Positions 53,122 through 64,000 of a stretch of DNA of 64,000 nt are shown here, in pieces. The stretch comes from Mytilus trossulus. Lineage: Eukaryota. Location of the stretch: contig NC_086386.1 in assembly GCF_036588685.1 (NCBI RefSeq), positions 12,772,001 through 12,836,000 on the forward strand, given 5' to 3'. Under the pieces are notes generated by a model, which was given only the letters and a program-made list of their open reading frames with translations, was not told the DNA's origin and did not search any database. Within the stretch, counting starts at the first letter, position 1, and each line of letters begins with the position of its first letter. A program made the position numbers and the translations under genes.

Positions 53122-53250
53122 AAACACCTACGGTAAACTGAAAACACCTACGATAAACGGAAACACCTACAGTAAACGGTAAACACTTACGATAAACGAA
53201 AACACCTACAGTATACGGAAAACACCTATGGTAAACGGAACACACCTCAG
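53122..53250. repeat. Minisatellite, about 6.5 x 19-20 bp (AAACACCTACRRTAAACGGA)
   Basis: Units read directly; about one unit at the paralogous site 25393-25418. Confidence 0.88.
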
Positions 53251-53792
53251 GTTAATTGAATATAAAAATCTGCAATCAGACAAAACGCGTAAGCTTTGTT
53301 ATAATAGAATAACGTTGTAAATTGTAAAATGGAAATTTAAGACCAAATTCAATATCTAACTGAGATGATATACAGGAGAAAATACACAGTATTGTTAAAA
53401 AGACAGTTATCTGAATAGTTTATATACAATATGTAAATTGTACCACCTAACTGCTATGCTAACTAAAACTGTAGTTTTAATTAAAAGAGACGTCAGTTAG
53501 ACAACAATCAAATGACAATGAAGTGGATTTAACCGTTCTTCAACAATCAAAAAATCGACAGTAAGATATAAATGGCATGTGCATGACAACATAATAAATT
53601 TAATCTATGAACTTGACTGTCTCTCTGGCATCTTTCGTCTCTCCCCAAAAAAAACTCGACAGAAAAAACTAACGACAAGCTTTTTCCTAAGATTTATAAA
53701 AGAGCATGAAACAAGCCAAACAACAACGAACGACATCTCGAAAACTTCAGTTGCTTTAAACTGTATGGTATATCTGCGAAGTATATATATAT

Positions 53793-54147
53793 GAATTAAT
53801 GAATATAATTATTTTCTGTGACTGTATCTTACATTAATTTGTAGGATCCCTTACTATAGATAATTTAGCTGATCTGTAACAATAACATCTTCATGCCTTA
53901 TATATCATGTACTGTAGTACGCCGCTAGATTAAAACTGACGTGGAAAGGTAACACATGCCCACCGAAAGCTCTTTTTTTGAGAGCCCAGGTGGTCGTGTG
54001 GTCTAGCGGGACGGCTGCAGTGCAGGCGATTTGGTGTCACGATATCACAGTAGCATGGGTTCGAATCCCGGCGAGGGAAGAACCAAAAATTTGCGAAAGC
54101 AAATTTACAGATCTAACATTGTTGGGTTGATGTTTAGACGAGTTGTA
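53793..54147 (+). mobile_element. (TA)n-flanked element with internal tRNA-like Pol III promoter
   Basis: TA runs at 53783-53792 and 54146-54152; A box TGGTCGTGTGG 53991-54001, B box GGTTCGAATCC 54058-54068; hairpin AAATTTGC-GAAA-GCAAATTT 54087-54106. Membership of 53793-53980 is inferred from the flanking TA run. Confidence 0.75.
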
Positions 54148-57100
54148 TATATGTAATTTATATTCTGTGTTTAAGGTTTTTCTTGTTCATTGTTACGTTT
54201 GTTTTATTTTTACATTTCTATTCTGTTCATGGCATGGACCAAGCGCATTGTATTTATATGTCATTTTTCACAATCAACCCCAGTTTGATCCAAGGACATA
54301 CGTGGCATATCATACCTTTGCAATTGAAAATACGCTCTTTGTAATTTGTTGCGTTCAAAGCACTCGTATAGCCAGTTGACATAATTCAAATGACAAATTT
54401 ACAAATAACAAAAATACATTTCACAAATGAGTAAAACATTTACCGTGTAGCAAGAACGTGAAGTAAAAGTTTGAATTATGACCATTTTGTTTCTGATAGA
54501 GGTTAAGATATTATGTTTTTTAATAAATATTTAATGTAAATTCTTATTCTTTTTTTTTTGTTGTCTATAATAGGTTTATGGGACACATACTGGTTTTCCC
54601 CTAAAAAGCGTTTTGAACATCAACATTCTTTCTTCTGAATCAATTTTATGCAAATAATTTGTTCCAAAATATTGTTTTACTTGACAGATAAAAAATAAAA
54701 CACTTTTAATACGCACAATAGCTTCCTGCCCTTTTCAGTAGTATGGACATGAATGTTATAAAGAAAATTCTAACGGTGTGTGCTGCTGTTTTTCATTAAT
54801 CTATCACATTCTTTTAATGAAATCAAACAGGTTTTGTCAGATTTCTCTCTAAGGAATGGTTTATGTTGTTTATATTCGATCTTAGATCATACGAAGAAAG
54901 ATTGAACAGTTTTCTTTTTAAGATAGAAAATTAGGTTAAGATGAGCTGTATGATACAATATGTATAATAGAGATTGCCCTACATATTAATATCAATTGTA
55001 GATCTATGCTTCAAATAACCAAAGTTGCTGACATTGCAGAAAAGTAAACACAAATTACAGCATACAAACAGCAATGTTTCTAATTAACCTTTAATGTTAC
55101 TTATGTAGGTGACATAGGATTTGTTGGCCCAGTAAAATGTAATCTTTCTATTCCTTCCAATTGTGAAGATTTTTTTAATGCTTGCTTTTGATTGAACGAG
55201 TGTTTAAATGGTTGATTTGATATTGATTTAACACTCTTTAAATGTAGTCTCTGACAATAATGATTTAAGTTTTTCAAGTATAGAAAAAATGAATTATATC
55301 TAAAACTAAATGAAAATTAAAAGAAAAGAGAAAAAGCTATTCAACATGAGTGCACCAACGAAATCAAAGACACATTGTTTTAATGCTTCGTATTTTTATA
55401 CAAACATTGTGAGCAAATAAACAAATAAAACAATAACCAAACACTAAAAGATCTTCAATACAAAAATATTGTAAGTTTTGTAAGGAGGTGTTTCAAAAAC
55501 ACCGAAGGCAAAAGAGACACAATATCGACATAAAAACTCAAATGAAAACAAAGCAAGTCTTCTTAGAATTAAACACCACTACGTACTTGATCACCAATAT
55601 GACAAATAATGCATCACTAGGACGAAAATGTCAAGATGATTTGGTGAAAATTGGACAATGTGGTAGATTTGTTAAAGCTACACCGTAATGATTGTTGTCT
55701 GTTCTATGTCCAGTGGTAAATCATTCATGCGTATTCGGAAACAAATAACAATAGTTCAGTCGGGTCTGCAAAGTGGATTGACCTTGATGAAGGATGGAAG
55801 TTTCGATAGCGACTGGAATATTAGAATTTCGAATTTCAATGATTTCAGGCATTTACCTACTAGCAGAATATAGCTACCTATGGACATTCTTACTGATCTT
55901 ATGCAAGGGTTTGTTTGAAAGTGGCACTATCCCATCAAGAAATATCTGAGTTAAGTATTCTAAATCTTCCCTGACGTCCTGGTGGATGCTTTATGAATGC
56001 AACCTATAAAGACGCCTTTTTGGCACGGATTTTACTACTGAATTCAGAAAACCCAGCGATTTCCATATATATTTTACCTAAGCCAACCCTTTAAAACAGT
56101 GTGTTCATTACAATAAACAACAATTAATAATTATGAACAGTTCAGTTATCATAACTTGATCTTATGAGCAAGCCTTTGTACTAGTTTAATGTATAGGTTA
56201 AAAGCAATGTCATATAGACTGTTAACACAGGTAAACTGGCGTTATTTCCCATCTATGATGTCAACAAAAAATCAAATGTTAACGTATTCGAATGATTAAT
56301 TTAATGTTTTTGTTTGAAAAATTTGATTTGCAGAAACTTTTTGTTTCAAAATTGTAGTGCTTATTACGCTTTCAATTAAAAATAAAACAAATGATTTAAT
56401 ACTTGGCGTCATAAGCAAATCCGATCTGGTCTTTTAACTGTTATTGACAAGTCGAGTCATGATTTCCAAATAAATATTTGTCTTTTGATAATTTATCTTT
56501 AGATAATTATTTGGAATACAACTTGGTGCCTTAGGTCTTGATGGTAATTGACCCACAGTTTATTACATATACCTAAATCTTAGCCTTTCTAATTCTTTTG
56601 TTGTTATTTACAAGTAACAATATGCTATATAAAATTGCCACAAACACATTATTCAAAATGTAATGACGTGAAAAAACGACTGTTTATTTCATTTATACAT
56701 GTGTTTTATGTGTATGTATACTATATCCTTTCCTTCTGATTACTAAAGATTTGATTTCAGAGAAAATCATTAACAATATATCATAGCTTTGAAAAACAAA
56801 CACATCTGCGTATTATTTAACTGTTAAAGAGCGTTTAAACGACAGTTATTTTACTAGCTTTATTTTTTTGTACGAAGTCCCCATATACTATTGATGTTAA
56901 ATTAGTTGCTTACAAAACATTCCTATAATAAACCTATCGAAACGTTTAAGGGCCTGACATATTATTCATAGTGATGATAACACAATATAATTACAAAAGA
57001 CCGTTTGTCAAAAAATAAGGTGTCACTTTAGGTTGCCATCTTATTAACTCTATAAACATATCGTTTCTCCTTCCGACACTATGCAAATACCAGTCCGTTG

Positions 57101-60100
57101 ATTTGTTTATTGATACAGGATAGCAAATTAAATATAAAAAAAAGGAAGATGTGATTAATAATTAAATATAAAAAAAGAAGATGTGGTATGATTGGCAAGG
57201 AGACAACTCTCCACAAGAGACCAAAATATCAACAATAAACAAAGCCCATACCGCATAGTCAGCTATAAAAGACCCCGATTTTTTTTTTTGAAAACACGAA
57301 ATATTATGTGCTATACTTTAAACAAGGTTCTACATTTTGTGAAACCTTTCACTACTGTGACAGTCTCTTCAACTGCAATTACTCTCAATTTTGCTAACAG
57401 AGAGCAAAAACATATCCCATGTATCAACGTTGACATGTTCAATAAGCAGTAATATGAGCAAAACATTAAATTCAAGTATCAAAACACGCCCCAACTCAGG
57501 ATTTGCGGTGACCGGTAATGACAACTGAAGACAAATGAGGTCGCCATCGTTCTGAGCAAGACACTGAATATTATTAGTTCTGAATCTGGTACAATCATAG
57601 GTTCCTGTCAATAATATCTGTTTTTCGTATTTTGTTTAAGCATACACCAGGCTGTAAGAGTTTCTTGAATTTGCTAATTACTTTAGCATACACCAGGCCG
57701 TTAGTGTTGTCCTCCATATTGAAAGCCGGACGGTGACATGTAACTGTGCCATTGACAACCATACTCCTTATTCTTTTTATATAATCCAAAATTATATTTA
57801 TGTAATGGCATTTCTTGTAAGCAAAGTCAATGTGTATTTGGATATAAAATGATCGGCTATAATAGTTTCCTTTCTTGATTCTGATTTTTGACTTAGGATG
57901 TTAGATAACGTCTCTATTAAGGAATAACATGTAAGTTTATATATTGCACGAGAGTTTAATGATTTAGTTACACAAATCAAACTGTACAGAAATCATGATA
58001 ACAACTGTTGTTGTCTATATTTGTTTACTTACGACATGTTATGATGTTGGCTAATCAACTTAGAACGGTAATTTCTTGAATAACAAACAAAGGATAAAAA
58101 ATGGCTCAAAAGGTTTTGATGATCTCTAATTGTTTTCCTCGTTATACTATTGTATTCAGAACATCAGACATGATTGACACTTAGAAGATGCCATATTACG
58201 ACTTAGAATTACATATACTCATTTCAGATTCGATTATGATCCATGTCCAATTGAATGTGGACTTATTATTGAGCATTAAAAAAGTCTGCAATTTTTAATA
58301 CAAATGATAAAATGGAGACAATAATCATGATAATACTTATTACTTATTGACATACAAAATGTGCTGTAATCATCTTGTAGATGCTCGATAGTTAATGTGT
58401 GATTGCTTTTTAAAAAGCATTGCAAAAAACAAAAATAAAAAATGAAAACAAAGAAAAGTTTACTTGATAGTTGCTGCTTTATCCCATATATTATTAAGAT
58501 CTTAAAAGAAATATATAAGAGGTGCTTGCCTTGAGTCATATGCATGCGTAGCAATAAGCTAATATGTCTTTGGGATGAGGATATATTTTTATCCTAACAA
58601 CCTACTACTTCAGTTTTTAGATGAAGCTTTAACTAATTGTACGCCACCCTCTGATGTTTAAGACAGTATTTTGTAGTAGATTGTATTTAAAACGTAAAAA
58701 ATCTTACAAGCAGAATATTTAATCAGCTCAACTGTTGAAAGTAGATTGCATTAATACAGTCAACGAAAACAATAAGCATCATCGATAATCTGTGGCTCAA
58801 CCATTCCGAAGCAACTTTACACTATAATTATCGGTCTAGAGTCGATTGTTCTATGACATTGGTTCGCACGGTGTATTTAATTCATACAAAAGTATAAGAA
58901 ACATGTTATAAATGGAATACAGATTCAATATGCCTAGGAAACAATGGAAATCTTCATCACTAGGTGTTCAAAACAAATACTGAAACAAATAGACAAGGGA
59001 AGATTTTTCTTTTGGTAAAACATCTGCATTACATTTGAAGCTGTTTGCGTGTGGTTCATCTGGTACATATAATTCTATTTTTGTATTTTGTTAGATAAAT
59101 GATAAATTCAATCCTGTCAAAAGTGCATATACTGTAATTAATTAAGTTATCACTTTTTCGGTAATAGTTGACACTTCATGTTCATATTATAGTTATCGCA
59201 ATAGTATCATATAGCAGTATGTTCGGTTTCGTAAATTTGTTTCAAAGGTACTTGCTATCTTTTTGAGTCTTCAATAATCCTCACCACACATTCGAATTGA
59301 AATAAACAGTTCCAATTTCGTTATTACATTTTTTCAAAACTTATTATCGAAGGCACATTCTTTGAATCTATATTTTCATACAGGTTAGATCGTTGGTTTC
59401 CCCTCCCAACTTACATTTAATTATAGTGTCCTGACTTTGGACAGGGACAGACAAACTGTGGCGGGGTTCAACGTGTTTGGTGGCGCCGCATCCTCAATCT
59501 AACCTGGGATAGTAATATAACAGTACAACAGAAGAAAGAAACTATAAAAAGCAATTGAAAGGACACTTCTTATAAGATCGATAAAAACAGAAAAAGTTAT
59601 GCTCGTGACCGAGGACTTGTACATCCAACAAAAAACCGACGCGAAGTCTGTGAGTTATCGCAGTTATAGTGACATCTATTTCAAAAGCAATAACAACTGA
59701 TAAAAACATCGAGTATCTTATCCTAAAGATTGAGCAACAAACCGGGGTCAAAACAATATTGTAAATAATACAAAATATCAATATTGCAATGCAATAAGTA
59801 CAATACTGAACTCCAGGGCAAATTTAAAAACGGAAACCCTTTTATCACATGACACAATCAAAAACTCAATTACATTCAAGGAATAAAGAAAACAAGCAAG
59901 TGAACGTTATGAACAGGAAAATAAGAAGAGGTGGTATGATTGGCAAAGAGAATTCAAATGATGTTGATGTAAGCAATTTATAAACACTTGAAATCTAATT
60001 ATTCATCACCTTCTTTTCTAGAATACGATGTCCCTAGTATGTATCTTTTTATAATGCTTCGCTCTATGAACTGCAAGGTTAACTGTTTTCTTATCAAACC

Positions 60101-61216
60101 CTTCGCTACATCAATTTTGTGAAGACTAATATCATAGTAATTGAATTATGTTATTGGAAAGTATAATTCATATATTGGACTAGAGAAATATTTCAAAAAT
60201 CAACTTAACTTAAAAGAAATGTTACGTAATCTAAAACATTTCAAAAGCTGAAAACATTCAACATTTGAAAGTCAGGAATGAAGCAACGTTAGAAGCTGTA
60301 TGAATAGAAGGTCTAATGTATGAAATAAATAGACTTAATAGAAAGAAAAACCCAACGGTGATATATGAGTAACCAATGAAAAAAAAAGATAAGTTAGGCT
60401 TAAAAAAATATTTATAACTTTGTACCTTTGGCTTTCAATTACTTACATCTGATGATTTGGAAGGTTGATATCAATTTATTCTGTATATCAGTGTTGCAAG
60501 ATGTTTCTTTAATTTTATTAAAACCAATAAAATAAACACCAAAACAGCAAATAAACACTTGCAATACTGTACATATTTATTCTGGTATCTGGCAAGAAAA
60601 TGTTTTTGTACGTTGAGATTGATTATAAATAAGTAACCGCAGCTTTAATTGATGCATTGTATATGTTTTCCCCGTACTTTGCAATTTTTACAAAAATGTA
60701 TATAAGAATAAAATGAAGTGTTTTTTTATTATTATAGACTTCGTTGTTTTCCTTGAATATTTGTTGTTGTAATTCATGATAGATCGAAAAAAAGAGGAAG
60801 GGTTGACTCTGTCATATGCTCATGGTAGATCAACAGTGCATACACCCCGACATTATTTATATTGTGTTATGTGTTTATGTAATTCTTAAAAGTTAGTGTT
60901 GATGGGAAGGCTGTTAGAATATTGTTCTACCTGGAGTAAAATGCATCGATTGTCTTTTATTGAAAATATCGTTCGACGGACACCCCTCGTTTACTTTTAT
61001 TTCTATTTATGAAACGTGTTTTCGATGTGGTCTAAGAGTAATTTGACTAAATACAAAACAAATAAACATGTTAGGATTCACAAATGCATCTTAAGTGGAG
61101 ACATTTCTCAATTGATCATCATTATCGTGTCTCTTATCTTCAACTAAAGACATTTATCAACTGAAAAAAAGCCAGAATTTACATAGCACAAGTTGATTTA
61201 AATTCTGCCGTTAGAG

Positions 61217-61511
61217 TTTCTATGCCCCGTTGATTAGCATTATGTGTTTATATCTGTTCGTCCATTTGTCTGATCGTTCGTCCATTTATTTGTTCGTTTG
61301 TCTGTCCCGTTTTAGGTCAACGTTTTTGGTTGAGGTAGTTTTTCATGAAGTTGAAGTCCAATCATTTTGAAACTTAGTATACATGCATGTTTCTAATGAT
61401 ATGATCTTTCTTATTTAATGACAAATTAGAAGATCTCATTTTCACAGTCCACTAAACATAAAGGATGATAGTGTGATTGGGATACCCGTGAACTATGGAC
61501 ATATTATTATT
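61217..61511 (+). mobile_element. Non-autonomous Helentron/DINE-like element
   Basis: Inserted in a T run, ATGCCCC start, GTTC/GTCY microsatellite; clean empty site GAGTTTTTTCAAATAA at 36003-36018. Confidence 0.68.
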
Positions 61512-63781
61512 TTCAAATAACTAAAAATTATAAACGCATAACATGAATATTGAGACGCAGAATTGTTGTCATTACATAACTAAAAGTTATGACGACAGGT
61601 TTCACACTTCTAAAGCTCGTGTGTATTTCCAGTTTGATAATAACAACGTTGTCTCATTTCTGATTCCTGGTTTTATCAAGTTCTACTTTCGTGTTTATAT
61701 TACATCTCTTTATAGTATAGTTATCATTTTGTGTAAATTGTCCCCTTCTGAATTAATTGTTTTCTATCGATAATCAATTTTATAACTACCGATCTAGCCA
61801 ACAGAAGAAGAATAACATATGTAAGTATCGCACTATCATAGAAGAAACCATATTCATTTGTTTTACAGATAACCTGATCAGTTAGTGTTTCTGTTTCTCA
61901 TGTGATATTACGTATATCAGGCTGTCGTTTTTACTCTTTTACTCTACAGTTAACAATTTGGGTTTAATAGTATTGTCTTCCGACTGGTGGATCTTTGTTT
62001 TGATTGCTTGATATTCTAAACTTGAATATTAAAACTGTCAAAGCCAATGTCTTTGTGCATATTAAAGATTACATAATAAAAAATATTCCATAGGTACGTA
62101 GGTTGTGAATGAAGTACGAACGGATTGAAGGATGCCGAGTTAAGACAACCACTAAGAAAAGACGATTTCACGAATATTTGAACTGCAACAGGTCAACTTC
62201 ATTTAAGTGTATGGAGGGAATACTGAAAGAGTTATAAAATGTACAGAAATCGTTTCACTGTCTACACGAGGAATTGGATACGACCAGCCTTAAGGACATC
62301 TCACATAAGTTTAACAAAATGTTCATCCGGATTGGAGAATTCCAAGTGAATATATCTTGCTATTCCTCTCAACTCTTGACTTTAGAGATGAAATATACTA
62401 TACAATCGTGTGAATCAACAAATTTGTTTTTTCATAAATTGAAGTTGGTATGTTACAGTTTGTTGGACAGTATAAATTACACAAATAATAGATTCGTTAT
62501 CGTTAGCACTATGACTTATTTATTCATCAGATTGAAAAGTCTATATATAAAGTCATGTATAGGCAGTCAAGCTGCCATTTAAAAAGGAATAAATTGTAGT
62601 CGTTTCCATATAAGATAGGAAAAACGAATAAGAAGTATCCAGATTTTGATGGACAATGAGACTCTTGAGTTTGCAGATATGGTACAAATGATTTTCTTTT
62701 ACGGTGATCATGCTAGGTTTGATAAGAATTTATTTGGACTTTTATTTGGAATTAATATTGATTAAGTGTGTTATCAATTTATTGCTATTTACTTAAACTT
62801 TTAAGGCAAATATGTTATGCATGTTCCAGACGAAAAGAATTAACAATAATTTTCATAGACAGACACTCTTGAGTAGTTTTAGAAGGATAAATGTGGAAAA
62901 AATTTGGACATACGAAAGGCCATCTACACATACGGATAAGTGGTTACAAGGGACATTAAACGTGCCAGGTGAATGGTACTATTCCCACATGAGGTCGGAT
63001 ACGCATCCCCAAATTTTAATCGGACGTAGATATTCACCCTTTTGCACAATTCACGGAAAATGAACTTCAGTAAAAAATGTACTTCTGACTGAGAGAATAC
63101 AAGGTTACCATACATCTTTACCTTCCTGATATCTTTGAGGGTTGTTTTAGGGAGTGGGTGACCTGTTAGATCGTGTTAATCTACATCTACATATTCACTT
63201 TTCGTAAACGAAGGTCGGTTGGTTTGCTAAAGTCTCGTTTACATGTATACCCTACACCTCTTCTACATTGTAATATAACGTATACATAGTATAACATCTT
63301 TTGTTTATAATGTAGAGCCTATACAGTGGGCAAAATAAATGCAGTTTAGCTATAATTCACAGACGAATAACTCAGGCGTTACAACTAGTCTTTCAAATCA
63401 TAAATATTTTTTATTATGATGAAAGAAATACGTCTCGTTTGGGTTATAATAATGTGTTTGTTTTAATTATACGTCAACAAATTAAGGTACTAGTAGATGG
63501 CTGGTATGGATTATGTGACATGTGTTTGGTTTCGGGTTATTCGAACATGAATGAAGTTTTTAAATGTTTTATTCCGCATTATTCTTCAATGTATATAAAG
63601 AATAAAGTCAGTGAATTTATTGTCGGCAGTGGAGTTTGAACCAAAATCATACAAGAAATACTAATTAAAACCTTAAGGCATGTGAGGTTTATATGACTTG
63701 TTCTATGTTTTTGGTGGAAACTTATATCTAACATATCCTGTCTTATCTCTTTAGATTGAAATCAAAAGCATCCCGCCCCGA

Positions 63782-63784
<3 letters not shown>

Positions 63785-63842
<58 letters not shown>
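63785..63842. repeat. (CT)29 microsatellite
   Basis: Read directly. Confidence 0.98.
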
Positions 63843-63844
<2 letters not shown>

Positions 63845-64000
63845 TTCTCTTGATAAAACATCGTGAAATTTTAGTCTTCAGTAGATTCAATGTGATTGTA
63901 TCTTAATATAATATGAATTTGTGTTGTTATCAAATTCATTCAAATGAAACATAAGTTATCAGTAGTATCAGGTAAAACAGGTATATGTTTATATTTATTT

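Larger units (their letters stand above)
29723..59443. repeat. Segmental duplication unit 2
   Basis: Colinear with unit 1 over its full length and with unit 3 over 29723-37700. Confidence 0.92.
59444..64000. repeat. Segmental duplication unit 3 (partial)
   Basis: Colinear with 1-4450 and 29723-37700, e.g. 61543-61826 vs 36043-36326. Confidence 0.92.

Noticed and set aside
53984-54080. tRNA gene (Leu/Ser-like or intron-containing)
   Set aside because: A and B boxes are present but acceptor and anticodon arms do not pair convincingly; part of a repeated element.
55110-55192. Collagen-like GDIGFVGPV after an acceptor-like site
   Set aside because: Only three triplets, no neighbouring collagen exons and no paralogue.
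1-59457. Unit periods of 29722 and 29721 bp, suggesting length conservation
   Set aside because: Depends on the anchor: at the conserved donor the spacings are 33083 and 25500 bp, so the match is coincidental.
13-63639. Remaining 60-134 aa ORFs of the track
   Set aside because: Low-complexity AT-driven composition, often non-ATG starts, overlap with repeats or alternative frames of RT genes, and not preserved between paralogous units.

Overview
AT-rich eukaryotic DNA, most likely a Mytilus-type bivalve (inferred from recalled repeat families, not from a search). I could not confidently identify any host protein-coding gene, rRNA, functional tRNA or CRISPR array. The whole window is a head-to-tail array of old, diverged segmental duplicates: unit 1 = 1-29722, unit 2 = 29723-59443 and the start of unit 3 = 59444-64000. 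Each unit carries its own later insertions, so many filled and empty sites can be compared inside the window. The only long ORFs are Penelope-like retroelement (PLE) genes: a young 5'-truncated Naiad-type element with an intact RT (33718-35673, minus) and a Neptune-type RT+GIY-YIG pseudogene with a hammerhead ribozyme (47147-49363, plus). Also present are a decayed Naiad split by a non-autonomous Helitron, many Naiad-type 3' fragments, two MetaSINE-like SINEs, four TTAA-type MITEs, Helentron-like elements, a decayed hammerhead retrozyme, local tandem duplications and two newly expanded minisatellites. Best leads: (i) a tRNA-headed (TA)n-associated element preceded by a possible variant hammerhead, which shares a 3' stem-loop + TGTTG..GTTG..AGAC terminus with the Neptune element and a third element stacked at the same site; (ii) conserved non-coding islands in the duplicated unit, namely a palindrome-rich enhancer-like block, a 91-bp core at about 97% identity and a 23-nt AG..GTAAG exon candidate present in all three units; (iii) a structured RNA motif in the Naiad 3' end.
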